From positions 6,306,761 through 6,370,760 of the forward strand of contig SMSO01000031.1 in assembly GCA_004764695.1 (NCBI GenBank): 64,000 nucleotides of DNA, written 5' to 3'. Made by a program: the position numbers and the translations under genes. Below, one piece after another: positions 29,984-42,681 of this stretch (positions are counted from its first letter, which is position 1; the number at the start of each line of letters is the position of its first letter). This DNA comes from Schizochytrium sp. TIO01 (taxonomy: Eukaryota; Protista; Bigyra: Labyrinthulomycetes). Under the pieces are notes generated by a model. That model saw only the letters and a list, made by a program, of their open reading frames with translations, did no database searches and was not told where the DNA came from.

Positions 29984-32368
29984 ATGGCCACCACCGATGA
30001 GAACGGCAGCGCCATGTACGTTGTCAAGCGCAACGGCAAGCAGGAGGAGGTCAAGTTTGACAAGATCACCCAGCGTATCCGCAAACTCTGCTACGGCTTG
30101 AACAGCGAGTACTGCGACCCTGTCAAGATTGCCCAGAAGGTAGTCCAAGGCGTGTACTCTGGCGTTTCCACCACTGAGCTTGATGAGCTCGCAGCCGAGA
30201 CCGCCGCTTACGCCGCAACGCAGCACCCTGACTTCAGCATCCTCGCTGCACGCATTGCTGTGAGCAACCTCCACAAGAGCACTAGCGAATCTTTCTCCGA
30301 GACAATCGCCAAGCTCCGCCACCACATCCACCCCCGCAATGGCGAAAATGCCCCGCTCATTGCTGAAGACGTCTACGACATTGTCATGGCTAACAAGGAC
30401 CGCATCGACGCTGCCGTCAACTACGACCGCGACTTCGAGTACGACTTTTTCGGCTTCAAGACCCTCGAAAGGTCCTACCTTTTGCGCCTTGACGGTAAGA
30501 TCACTGAGCGCCCTCAGCACATGCTCATGCGTGTGGCCATTGGCATCCACAAGGATGACATCGACCGTGCCATTGAGACTTACGAGCTCATGTCTCAAAA
30601 GTTCTTCACCCACGCCACGCCCACACTCTTCAACGCTGGTACTCCTCGTCCCCAGATGTCTAGCTGCTTCCTTGTCCACATGAAGGAGGACTCCATCGAG
30701 GGTATCTTCCAGACACTCGAGACCTGCGCCAGAATCTCCAAGTACGCAGGAGGTATTGGTGTGAACATTCACCAAATTCGTGCCTCCGGCAGCTATGTTG
30801 CAGGCACCAACGGCAACTCCAACGGCATCATTCCGATGCTCCGTGTCTTCAACGACACTGCTCGCTACGTCGACCAGGGTGGTGGCAAGCGCAAGGGATC
30901 TTTCTGCATGTACCTTGAGCCGTGGCACCCGGATGTCTTTGACTTCATGGAGGTCCGTAAGAACCACGGTAAGGAGGAGATCAGAGCCCGCGATCTTTTC
31001 GTCGCACTCTGGGTTCCTGACCTTTTCATGGAGCGTGTGGAGAAGAACGGAGAATGGACCTTTTTTTGCCCCAACGAGGCTCGTGGACTCTCGGAAGTTT
31101 ACGGAGCCGAGTTTAACGAACTCTATGAGAGATACGAGCGTGAGGGCAAGGGACGCAAGACCATCCGTGCCCAGGAGCTTTGGTACCATATCTTGAACTG
31201 CCAGATTGAGACCGGTGTGCCCTTCATCTGCTACAAGGACGCTTGCAATCAAAAATCGAACCAGAAGAACCTCGGTACCATCAAGTCCTCCAACTTGTGT
31301 ACAGAGATCATTGAGTACTCCGCGCCCGATGAGGTCGCCGTATGTAACTTGGCATCAATCAACCTTCGCAAGTTTGTCAAGGCTGAGGAAGGTGTCTACG
31401 ACTTCAAGGCTCTCTACGACATCACAAAGGTTGTCACTGTGAACCTTAACCGCGTCATCGATAACAACTTCTACCCTGTCGAGGAGGCTAAGCGCAGCAA
31501 CCGCCGTCACCGCCCCGTGGGTATCGGTGTTCAGGGTCTTGCCAACGCTTTTATGGAGCTTAGGTACCCCTTTGAGAGTGCCGAGGCTCGCAAGCTCAAC
31601 CGCGACATCTTTGAGACAATCTACTTCGCAGCCTGCGAGGCGTCTTGCGAGCTTGCCCAGATTGAGGGCCACTACGAGACTTTCCCGGGTTCCCCCATGA
31701 GCAAGGGTATCTTCCAGTTCGAGATGTGGAACGAGAAGCCTAACCCTGAGCTTGGCTGGGACTGGGATGGCCTTCGCGAGAAGGTCGTGCAGCACGGTGT
31801 CCGCAACTCTCTCTTGGTGGCTCCCATGCCCACTGCATCCACATCGCAGATCTTGGGCAACTGCGAGGCATTTGAGCCGTACACCAGCAACATGTACTCC
31901 CGTCGTGTTCTCGCTGGTGAGTTCACGGTCGTGAACACTCACCTCCTTAAGGACCTGATCTCTCGTGGCTTATGGACTCCCTCCGTGCGTAACCAGATCA
32001 TGGCTGACCGTGGATCCGTCCAGAATGTTGCTGAGATCCCTGATGACCTCAAGGCCCTGTACAAGACTGTTTGGGAGATTAAGCAGCGTAGTCTCATTGA
32101 CCTCGCGGCAGACCGTGGTGCATTTATTGACCAGTCGCAGTCCCTCAACATTTACATGGCTGACGCTAACGTTGGCAAGCTCACCTCGTGCCACTTTTAT
32201 GGCTGGAAGCGCGGTCTCAAGACTGGCATGTACTATCTCCGCACCCGCCCTAAGGCTGATGCTATCCAGTTCACCGTTGACCAGGATGCACTTGCTGCTG
32301 CCCGCGCCGGTGCCGAGGTTAAGCCCGAGGTTGTCGAGGAGGAGGAGTGCCTCATGTGCGGAAGCTAA
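29984..32368 (+). CDS. RRM1: Ribonucleoside-diphosphate reductase large subunit (class I)
   Basis: ATP cone ([18 protein letters not shown]), [38 protein letters not shown] and C-terminal CLMC. Very strong codon bias. Confidence 0.99.
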   Translation: MATTDENGSAMYVVKRNGKQEEVKFDKITQRIRKLCYGLNSEYCDPVKIAQKVVQGVYSGVSTTELDELAAETAAYAATQHPDFSILAARIAVSNLHKSTSESFSETIAKLRHHIHPRNGENAPLIAEDVYDIVMANKDRIDAAVNYDRDFEYDFFGFKTLERSYLLRLDGKITERPQHMLMRVAIGIHKDDIDRAIETYELMSQKFFTHATPTLFNAGTPRPQMSSCFLVHMKEDSIEGIFQTLETCARISKYAGGIGVNIHQIRASGSYVAGTNGNSNGIIPMLRVFNDTARYVDQGGGKRKGSFCMYLEPWHPDVFDFMEVRKNHGKEEIRARDLFVALWVPDLFMERVEKNGEWTFFCPNEARGLSEVYGAEFNELYERYEREGKGRKTIRAQELWYHILNCQIETGVPFICYKDACNQKSNQKNLGTIKSSNLCTEIIEYSAPDEVAVCNLASINLRKFVKAEEGVYDFKALYDITKVVTVNLNRVIDNNFYPVEEAKRSNRRHRPVGIGVQGLANAFMELRYPFESAEARKLNRDIFETIYFAACEASCELAQIEGHYETFPGSPMSKGIFQFEMWNEKPNPELGWDWDGLREKVVQHGVRNSLLVAPMPTASTSQILGNCEAFEPYTSNMYSRRVLAGEFTVVNTHLLKDLISRGLWTPSVRNQIMADRGSVQNVAEIPDDLKALYKTVWEIKQRSLIDLAADRGAFIDQSQSLNIYMADANVGKLTSCHFYGWKRGLKTGMYYLRTRPKADAIQFTVDQDALAAARAGAEVKPEVVEEEECLMCGS

Positions 32369-33490
32369 TAAGGCCCGGTGGTGCCAAATCTAGTTTTTGA
32401 GCATTCATTCGGTTCTCTCCTCTGTAATTTCCCTGCTCAGTTGTAAGCAACATTTGGAGGTATAGACAACATATACATACCTCTTGGCGTTTCAAACAGA
32501 GAAAGGGGAGCAAAGAGAGAATCAAGATGAATACCTCTTGCTAGCTTTAGCACGAACACCAACCTCCTCACTCAAGCAATCAACAACAATCACACACAGT
32601 TTTACCCCATCATACCCAACCCAAAGAGGAAAACGAGAGGATCGAACAGCAAATGACCAAGACCCTCCGCTCTCTTTCGTTTTGTTTTATCGACTCTATT
32701 GCCAAAAGTTCATACTTTAATTGCCTTGGGCCGAAAGATGAACGAATTATTCGTTCGTTCTGCAAATTGATCGATTTTGCCTTGCACGACCTTGCACAAA
32801 AGATAAAAATGTCAACGCAAATACTAGCCTTTTACTATACTTTTTCTTTCATGTCCCTTGAGTTCCACGTACCTAACATTCTGTTCTATCTGTTCTTGTT
32901 CGCCTACTGTATACTATCATTTAATGTCAGTTTCTTGGACTTTGAACATTCTCGACCTTCACTTTTTTTTTAAAGATTTGTCTCTGTTATTCTAACTTTG
33001 CAGCTAGATCTCTTAATTTTTCGATTAGCCTTATGAAATTAAGTCTAGTTTTGCAGAATGCCCAATCCCCATTAGCCAAGGTTCTTTATAAATGTGCACA
33101 GCTGAAACCTACTGACTGAATAATAACAATCAACTCTGCTCAGCACTAAGTAAACAATATAATCAACTTTCCTGAGTCTAGCTTAGTGTATAGATTCTAT
33201 TGCATTTCCAAAAACAAAAGCAAGAATAGAGTCGTAGGATAAGAGTTGCCATATAGTATGTGTTCTCATTTTAACAATATATATTAGGCAATCCGATGGA
33301 TCCCGCCAGCGCTACAACCAAGGTTGCGGAATGGTCTATACAATATTGTACCAGGGGTCTAATTTTAATTAAAAATTATAAAAACGTGTTTTATACAAAA
33401 GCTTTGCAAGTTCTGTTTTCTCCAAATAATGAAGCAATGCATGAAACAAAAAACAAACTGGGCATTAATTAAATTTAGGAGTCAACATTT

Positions 33491-33559
33491 CATCACAAGG
33501 CTGCTTCGCTCGGAGCGACACTACTCATCACAAGGTTGCTTCGCTCGGAGCGACACTAC
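33491..33559. repeat. 35-bp tandem duplication spanning the inferred myosin stop codon
   Basis: CATCACAAGG(C/T)TGCTTCGCTCGGAGCGACACTAC x2. Confidence 0.9.
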
Positions 33560-36500
33560 GAGCCATTTGGCGAGCAGCACTCTTCATGTCCTTGGTTGTT
33601 TTCCGCGTACTTTTGCGACTGCTCGTACTCTTGCGACTGCTTCGTACTCTTGCGACTCTTTCGACTCTTGACACTCTTTCGGCTCTTGACACTCTTCAAA
33701 CTCTTTCGCGACGATCTGGTATTGTCTGGATCCAGATCTTTGACTTTATCCTCAGTGGATTCCAACTCCTCACTGCTATCTTCATAATAAGAGGATGAAT
33801 CTGAGTCGTCAACATCTTCGAGCTCGACTTCCTCAATCTCATCAGCATCAGCAAGTTCATCATCGCCAACCGTGACAAGCTCATACTCGTAATCTCCGTC
33901 ATCGTCATCATCATCATCGTCGTCATCATCCTCAAAGTCTTCGCTCGTATTGCGACGACGGTTCCGCTTACTTTTGCGTCTGGATGATCGAGAATCGCTG
34001 GTCTGACTTTCATAATCACTATCTTTATCTTCTGGTAAGGAGATTTCATCATACTCGAGAATATCGTCAGAGCCTATTCGGAGACGCACATGCGGGTCAC
34101 CAGCCATAGCTCGCAATTCCAGAGTGACCTGGCGATAGTTCGCATTGAGACGCTTTTGGTCTTCCTTGGTAACAGGAGCGTTATCAAACTCGTACAAGAT
34201 ACCAAGCGCCTTGGCAAGCTCGGGGAAGTCGTTTGCTGTCATACCGATTTTTTGACATTCTTGAGTGAGACTGTATAAGTTCATACGGTTTCTTTCTACA
34301 ATAGCCCCCTTGAGCTTCTCAATTAACTCATCTTCCTTAGCCATTCGCTGCAGACGCATTTTCGCAAATTCCACAAGATTGTGTTGAAGATCCCACTTCA
34401 CAGAGAGCGCAATACCTTCTTGCAAGAGGTGAGCATCACGAGAGTCAACTCCGCGGAGAAGCATATCTTTGATTCTAGCATGCATACGGCGGATAAGCTC
34501 GAGGCGAGCAAGAACTTGTCGAGCCCATGCTACTAGGCGGAGTGAAACATCCTCGTTCACGTACTTCACTAAAGTTTCAAGAATATAAAAGGTTTTGGTA
34601 TTCATGTAGACCGAGCCTGATTTAAGGCCAACAGCGTACTGACCTTGTACAATATTTACCCCTGTGAAGGCTTGAAGCATCAATGGCGCGATGGGGCCTG
34701 TTCCCCGCGGGATCGGGCCAATGACTTCAGGTCGCACAATACGAGCGTAACGCGAGATAAAATCATCACTCGAGACACCCTTACCGCGCAAGCCTGGATA
34801 TACATCTTGCGTAACAATGCCCATAATACCAAGTTGTTTAAGCTGTGCCGTAACATAACGGGCGTTAAATCCCTCCGACGGGTTGCATTGTGGATTGCTT
34901 CCCAACACAAGCGATATGGTAGATGTTAGTTTTACTAAGCATCTGCACAGCACGATCAATTTCAAGTTTCAAACTACGCGCCGTCTCAATTTGACCTGCA
35001 TTAGAGTCATCAGCCTCGTCGCTTAGGTCGAGAATGCCAGCATCGACACTATCTTCAGTATCCTCGTCCACTTCTCGTCTAGCCGTGGTGCGAAGAATGT
35101 TTTGCAGGTAGTGGATCTGAGATCCCTCCTGCAGCAGATCATAGACTTCTCGCGGAATGTGATTAGAACGAATACGGTCCAAGAAGCCGCTAATAGAATA
35201 CGAAACAACTCCACTGTAATGAAGAATTTTAAAGTCCAATGGGTGCGGGTCCAACAGGTGTTTGTTGGCACTGAGCCGGGCAATTTTGTTACCAAGGCTG
35301 CGATCGCTACTACCGGGGGCAATGACTTCCTCCTCAATAAGTTGCAAAATACCGATAGGCTCTTTCTTTTTGTTGGAGCCAAATTCTGTTTCGGAGCCAC
35401 GGGTGCTCACATTACCACGTGTGATGGAGAATCGTTGAATGATATCATTTACTCGACGGGTACTCATGGGTGCATTGGTGTGAAAGTTCCTGCTTGAGCG
35501 ACTCATGGGTCTCATCAAAAGTCGGATACACTCTGCATTGCTTGAGGGTGGATGGACGATATCGAGTCCATCTTCCTTGAGCCAATGCGTTGTAAGGCTC
35601 CCGAGTTCCTGAATGAAGAAAGAATGGAAAGCTTCGAGGCGGTAGTTTTGGAAAAGCTCTTCCAATGATGTTTTCTCCACTTCAAGGGTGCCGTTCTCAA
35701 AGACTCCGATTCTGCCTACATTACCAAGGTTTTTCTTTTTGATAGTGCGCTTCGCAGAAGCACGGACATTAGCTGCAGCAAGCTTATTCGCTGCATCTAG
35801 CGCAGCGTCACGTTCTTCAATAGCAATTCTTTCAGCCTCCAGGACATCGTCAATAACTGCGACTTCTTTGTTGATACGTCTGAGAAGATGTCCAAACAGT
35901 TTATGATAGACCACACGCGCAATACCATCACGGAGTGAGTATTTATCCTTAATAGGTCTAACTTTTTGGAATTCCTCACCAGCAACTATCAGAGTCCGAA
36001 TATTCAGTGCGCGTTTGAGTTCTCGAGCAGTAACACCAAGGATGAGGCGGTCGTTATCCTCTCCATCCTCAGCATCTTCAAAGTGCTCGCGAGGCGCTTC
36101 GTCAGGATCTTGATCAGGATCCTCCTTGAAGACCATTTCCTGAACCTCAATAATCCCTTTCAGGATATCCTCAATATCCTTATGCTCCCCTGCACTCATG
36201 CCAAGTTCAAGCATTGCGGATTTGAGCTCTGCATTGACGCTCTCGTCTAGAAGCATCTGAAATGCAGGAAATGATTCAATGCCAAGATCGGTGACAGGGG
36301 AAGAGTTAAAGCCAAAGGCGTTGTATACTGCACCGAGAAGTTTGGGCGACAGCTCATCCTCTGTTGTTGATTTTCGTCGACGCCCAAATTTCTTGAGTCC
36401 GCCAAAAAAGCCTCGCGAGGTCTTTGATTTCGAAAACAGGATCTTCACTTCAGTCCATCGGATAAATGCATCACCACCAAAGGCGTGCAAAATCTGATCA

Positions 36501-37267
36501 GCGGCCTGGATCCTACGCCACCACTTGGCATCTTTTGGTTGAGCTAGCTGGATGGCGCGTAGAATGATGAATTTGGTCACGTCGCGTTTTCCAGCTTCCA
36601 TGATTCCATGTACCACAATAGTCTGCGAAGATGTGCCTTTTGATGCGCACAAATTTTTGTAAGTGCGCTCGACGATAGAGGAGAATGACTCTGCGCATAG
36701 ATCAGAGAGGTCTCCCATGCCGCTGCCAAAAGATGTAATTGTCTCTGTATCAGCACCCAGAATATTTCCATCTTCGTCAGTTTCATCATCAGGAAGATCG
36801 GAAAGTGTGGCTAGCGAGAGAATGTCTGTCTCGTATGAAATATTGGTGAAGACAAGAATGTTGTTTGCCAGAGACATGAATGAGTAGCCACGGTCGTAGC
36901 GTAGTCTAAGATTATGAAAGATTGCTGGATGCGAAAGGTCCCTAAATTCACTCGACATATGTCCAAGGCACTGGAGACTTTCCTTACCCATGGGCACTAG
37001 TCCTGCTATGACGTCCTTTTGAATTTTCATTTCCCTGTTTTTGCCTCCGAACCGTGTTTTCACCAATGCGACCTCGTCTCCACGATTGAAGTTCTTTTGC
37101 ACTTTCGCTGGTCGCCACAGATAGTCTTTATCAGGCATCCACACGAGTGTGCCCTTCGGGAACGCTTCGTACGTCGGGTCCTCCGAAATCTTCTCCACGA
37201 AGTCCCTTGACTGCCTCCACCATCGTGGTCCGGCGTCAGCTGCTTCGGCATCTCCATCCTGCGACAT
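33528..37267 (-). CDS. Divergent myosin with a degenerate motor domain (two +1 frameshifts, near 34900 and 33641)
   Basis: SH3-like KGTLVWMPD; DLSHPAIFHNLRLRY; QILHAFG; EELFQNYRLE; PIGILQLIEEE; FKILHYSGVVSY; YHIACV/GSNP..FNARYVTAQL; IQ-like LVAWARQVLAR; acidic and KS-rich tail. Joins ORF 34865..37444, ORF 33556..34965 and a final frame ending SVAPSEATL*. Confidence 0.82.
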
Positions 37268-40200
37268 CTCGGCCGTGAAAGTCTCCAGCAGGCCGGCCTC
37301 AGGCTGACTGGTCCCAGACCCCTGCACAGACCGTCCTGGCCCTCGCAGGTATTCTCTCTGCCCCCACCGCCTCGCCAAAGGGCTTTGCCGCCTCCAGCGC
37401 GTGCACAACGAAAGCGCTTTTTCTGCTCGTTCGTTCTTCTCCAAATTTACAACTCTTTCAATTTAAAAATAAAATAAAATAAAATAGAAATTAAAACTAT
37501 TCTTTAGCTTTACATTCATTAAACGCCTAATGGCTCCTTAGCCAAAACATCCATACAAACATCCAAACGCGCGCGTGTGTTCCTAAAAAGCTAAGAGCAA
37601 TTCACTGCTCTTCCGTCCATATAAGCACAACAATACTGACGGAGCACTCTCTTTCTTGACTTTCTATGTCCTCTTCTTCCTCCTTTCAGGGAGTGAAAGA
37701 AAGAAAAACACAAACTTTGTTGGTTAGGAACAAATAAAAGGACGAGCGAGCGAAATGCCGCACGTGCACAGCCCACCAAATGAAAACGCAGCCTACGACG
37801 GACCAAACGTATCCTCGCGAGGAGGGGCCTCGCACTGCCGTACTCTCTGCAGATGGCCACAGGTGGTGTCGTGGTCGATTGGCATCCCGTCACTGGCCTT
37901 TCGAGACCTCCTGTACGAGGGCCTGGCTGGATTGGCCATGATCATGATCCCACGCGCTCTGGTCACTGTTTTTTAACTAAAAGGAATAGAACGACTTTAT
38001 TCCCCCAAACTTAAATTTCATGCTTATCTTAATAGTATCGTCTATACACCTCTTAAATGTTCCAAACGTTCTAACAAATAGAAGATGATTTAATGCTAAC
38101 AGTTTCTTTAATTCTGAAACAAATGTTTTAAACTGATACCTGTTATGGTTTAGAGTAAGGATACCTTATATTGAACTGATTAAGTTGTGGCTACAATTAT
38201 CTCTAGTCCATGGACGTTGACTTTGTGCAATGGGAGGTAGAGGAGACAGTGAGTACCTTTCCTATTTCTCACTTCTTAGTGGATCGCTTTGAACAATCGC
38301 TGTTTTTGAGTGAGCGCGCACATTTCAAGTTGAAGAAATACAATCCCGGCAGGACACGAATCAGTTCCAGTTCCAAAGCTTGACTCGGAAAGCTCGAAAG
38401 CGAATGCGGTCAAAGCGTCGAATTGGCCGGTGACCTCGAAGAGCAGCACCACCGAGGTTTACTGGGTTTCTTTGAGGGGGCTTTCAAGTTGTGCACACTC
38501 GTTCTTGTCTTTTTCTCAGCGTGGGAAAAATGTGAGGAAAAGGGGGCTCCAAATTTCTTCTTCTTTTATCTTTAAAAAAAAAAAAAAGAATTTATGAAAT
38601 CGCTCCTAAAGTAATACAGAATATAATATTAGCCGCGGGTTTGTACATTGAGAAGTCGAGTGGGGCTCCAGCATGCCTCTAAGTATGAGCCAAGAGGGCG
38701 CGATCTTTGGCATCGCCACGGTCGATGAGATCACCGGGCTGGGTCAAACGTCCCATCACCAAACTGGATTTAGTTGCGAGCGTCGTTCACCTTTTGCTCA
38801 CTTGTGCACCTTTTGTTTGTTCTTTTGTTTGTTTGTTTTTCTTGAACATAAAAGTGAAATAAGAAAGGGGGTTGTGCTTTCCTTCTTCAGGACTGCTTCT
38901 TCACACGTTATGAAGTTCGTTTAGAGCTGCAGAATTCAAGCAAAAGGATGTCAACGATTCCTTAAGCATCCCAAGTTGGTTTGCTAAACCCCCTGCAGCG
39001 CAGGCGAGCTGTTGTCACTTTTCTTGTCTTTAGAACAGAATTTCATTCCCTCTCTGATTTTGTATGTTCGTGATCCCCATCCAATTATATAAATAGCGAG
39101 AAATAGCGAGATCTCCAGCGACGCTATGGCAATATTGCAGTTTTGCAACGCTGTGTGACATACATCTGATCGAAGCGCCCAAGAGAGCTTGGAACGAAAT
39201 AAGGTGCGTCATACCTCAGACGAAGAAGTTGATCAATTGCAGAATCGACATGAATCAGCATACTTTGTAGGTTGAGTGGCGTGAGGAGATAATCCTGATA
39301 GCTCGATTGACGCGCACGAGATCTCATCTCATACAAGATCTAGTACTGGCAGTAGCTATAATGACTCTTTTCTAAAGCCTATCTCACCGTAGTGTGTACC
39401 AGTCGCTTTCAGGATGTAGCAAGTATTTGAGCGAGTTATTATATAATACAAGCTCAATCAGAATGATTCTAAGTTCAACAACAGCTCAGCCTCTCCTTGC
39501 TGCTCAAGCTAACCTGCACATTCTTGCACTGATGATTGGAGTTGAAGCCCAACTTAAACAGATGGTGCACAAGGAAGAGGAAGGTGTCCCCCCCAGGCCT
39601 TTCGGGTAAGTTCCACCTCCTGATCAACGATTGAGGAGGCTTCACCAGCTTGGTTCAAGTTCTGAGGTGTTCACTCACTCTACGGCAGGCAAGTGCTCTT
39701 GGTGTGCCTTCAGGTTGGCTCATTGTGCAGCCGAGCAATCCCACCCCTCCTCAGCCCACTAGTACGTAGAGTGCCCTGGCCAAGTTGAGCAACTAAGTCC
39801 ACATTATGTCCTTCTTCTGGCTAGCGCGTGCAAGAGTAGGTACACATTATATGCGAGCGTTGACGTCGCTCAAGTTCATCGTCACCATCATAAGCATCAT
39901 CGTCACCAGCATGTGGCTATCCACGAGTACAAATCAGCAATGAAGGCTCTGCGGCGGAGGTCACCAATAGGAGAAGTAGCAATGCACACAAATGGTGGCT
40001 TGATGAGTGAATGCTCTAGGGTACTTTCACTTGGGGCTTTCATTGATGGTGCTCGCGTCTCGCACACCCAGCAGCTCGCTCGGTTTGGCGGGGATGGAAG
40101 GAACTCGAGGCGTGAGTTGGAACAGCACACGCTTTACAGCTACAAGTTCAACTAATGTTTATCGCCGCCTAGCTAATGAAAAACTAAGCTTGTGCTGTAA

Positions 40201-41427
40201 ATTTGCGCGCTTGCTCTCGTTTTCGATGCGTATGGAAGCCGGGCTCGAAAACATTTGGCAGCCAGTGACTAGCTCGTTGGAGAAATGCGCTGGGTATCAG
40301 GACTTTATGCGCCGGATCTCTCTTTAGAGTAGTGCCATAGTTCTTCCTTGGCATGAGTTGATTTCTTTGGGTGCCAAAACAATCACTCCCCGTACATCTG
40401 ACTCTCACTGGTGTACGTGCTTATCTAGCTAGGTACCTTTTTGACCTTGGTGGACAAACTTGAGAGAGTGGCGAATTCAATTAGGGTGCGCGCTTCTCGA
40501 CGTGCGATCGACGGACTTGGTTCGGTCTGCTTACCGGACACGCCAAAACTTGTATGTCTCAAAGGTTTTGTTAACCAAGCTTATTTTTATTTGGCTTGCA
40601 TATATAAACTTCAAGATTATTTGAGAGTTAAAATTTGCATCAACAGATGATTGCTTCATTTTATTCACAAGAAATCATTTTGAAGAAACGTATGGCAGAG
40701 TGGCGAGTTTTAGCGGGCTCACTTGCAATTGTCTGATTCGTTTATGTTGCTATTTGGTGTAGAAATAGTAGTCTATGGAATATTAAAAGCAAGCTGGCCA
40801 TACTTGTCAGAAATTGCGGTGTAAAGGTCGCAGATGACAGGACGGCTGTACACACCTGCCGAACTAAGCATAATACCACTGGCAGATCGAAGGCTTATTT
40901 ATCGTATTTATTTGCATAAGCATCGAGTCTCCAGGGGCATATAGCTGCATTAGATGATCTAACAGGCTGTCAAGAGGGTGTCTTACAGGTATGAACCTTT
41001 CATTTTTGTCTCTCATTTTTGTCTCATTTTTATTTATTTTCTTAATAACGCCCCTCCAGCTAGCTAGGTTTGATACTTTCTAGAAGCTAGTTGATCCATC
41101 GCTTGCCTAATTGATATGACCGATCGATTGAGCAATTTCGCGACTGGGGAAAGTCTCCAGCAGGTTAAAAACTATAGAAAGATACGAGTGCCTATATGAT
41201 ATAAGTAATGCATGCAATGAAGATGATCGAGCTGAGAAAATAAAAGTCACAATGTAGTCCTCGTGAGACACTACTACCTAGTCGAAACAAGGAGAAAGAA
41301 CGTGACAGAAAGGTATCAATTATGTGATTCAAAAGTTTAAAGTTTGAAGGTGACTGCATATAGTGAGTTTTAGATTGCTCGTTGTTGTGTTATGAAACTC
41401 AAAGACGGGCAAGTAACGAACTTTAAA

Positions 41428-42681
41428 TCAAGATGGAATGTTGAGTCTCTGCTGGGTAGGTGAGCGTAAGGTGCTGAGAGCAGAGATCGCTCTGACAGAA
41501 TTCGAGTTAGTTAGGCGAGTATCGCTGTGAGTTTGAATAGAGTTATCAATGAACTCATCGAGTAAACTCATCTCCAAAATCTGTACAAAATTCTCAACAG
41601 ATTCAATGTTCCGCTGTACTATACTGGGGAGGTCCTTCTTGATATTCAGGTGACTTTTCTTAACATACTGGTACTCGCTATGGATATCGATGGATTGTTG
41701 AGAGGTTATCTCGAAAACATTATCCTTTTGCCCAAGGACAAAACGGGGTAATTTCGCAATCAATATGTTACTTGCGATTAGGCTCCCCATATTATGACGG
41801 AGAGCTGGGATACTTGTAGCAACAATAGGGATTGCAATTGTATATATACAGCTCAGCAACCCGGCTTGATACAGCATCCTTGTTCGCTTATAGGATGCAT
41901 ATAAGCGCTGCCTTGTAGCAGGATTCCATTCATATACTGTGCCTAAGGCAACTTTTTGCTCTGCATAAATAGGGTAAATTAAGCTTTGTAGAGCTATTAA
42001 AGCGCCGAGTGCCTGGTATGTTGTAAGGCTGCAACCTATAACGTTAATATGGGGAGAACCTAAGGCTGTTCCAAGTACCACAATATTAGATATTACAACC
42101 TGAAACGGAATAGCAACCTGCAAGTGCAATGTCCGAAGACGGCATCGTCGACGTGACCTTGCGACAGTCCTCATGTGATTTTTCTTCATGAGTTCAAAAT
42201 AACCAGCATATCGAACGAGATAAAGAACTCCTAGAATACACTCGCAGGCAATGTGATTGAAAACCAAATAAGTAGGAAGAACATCCTGTCCGATTGCATA
42301 ATTTGTTCTTCCGAATGCCAACATACCTGCTCCAATAACAAGATACACCTGGGAAAACATACTGATGGCAACACTATTTATAGGTCCGTACTTGGTGAGG
42401 AAGCTGTCATCTCTTGATGTAAACCTCCTTAGAAGCGAACCACCCGAAGAAGCAGACTTCAGAAATACTGCGAGGCGAATACATTCCTCAATAAATAACG
42501 CAAACCAGATCTTCCGTTCTATTCCTACTACCACAAAACAATATGAAGAAGGGGCGTCACTACTTATAATGAACCCAGTCTCGTGGGCAAACCCATAAGT
42601 ACAAGTGCATGTCAGGTTGGCATCGCAAAGACCATGTGGAGCGCAAGGAATATCATCGATAGTGCAGTTGTTGCTGGTCAT
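41428..42681 (-). CDS. EGF-like domain + about 7 TM membrane protein
   Basis: N-terminal C-x6-C..HGLC..TCTCTYGF..C EGF pattern followed by seven hydrophobic segments and a polar tail. ATG at 42681. Confidence 0.72.
   Translation of the reverse strand: MTSNNCTIDDIPCAPHGLCDANLTCTCTYGFAHETGFIISSDAPSSYCFVVVGIERKIWFALFIEECIRLAVFLKSASSGGSLLRRFTSRDDSFLTKYGPINSVAISMFSQVYLVIGAGMLAFGRTNYAIGQDVLPTYLVFNHIACECILGVLYLVRYAGYFELMKKNHMRTVARSRRRCRLRTLHLQVAIPFQVVISNIVVLGTALGSPHINVIGCSLTTYQALGALIALQSLIYPIYAEQKVALGTVYEWNPATRQRLYASYKRTRMLYQAGLLSCIYTIAIPIVATSIPALRHNMGSLIASNILIAKLPRFVLGQKDNVFEITSQQSIDIHSEYQYVKKSHLNIKKDLPSIVQRNIESVENFVQILEMSLLDEFIDNSIQTHSDTRLTNSNSVRAISALSTLRSPTQQRLNIPS

Noticed and set aside
29975-31942. 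Long antisense ORFs (425 aa, 195 aa) opposite RNR
   Set aside because: Shadow ORFs caused by strong codon bias of the sense gene (avoidance of TTA/CTA/TCA); no recognisable domain.
33491-33559. 35-bp repeat as a CRISPR array
   Set aside because: Only two abutting copies with no spacer, in a eukaryotic context with no cas genes.
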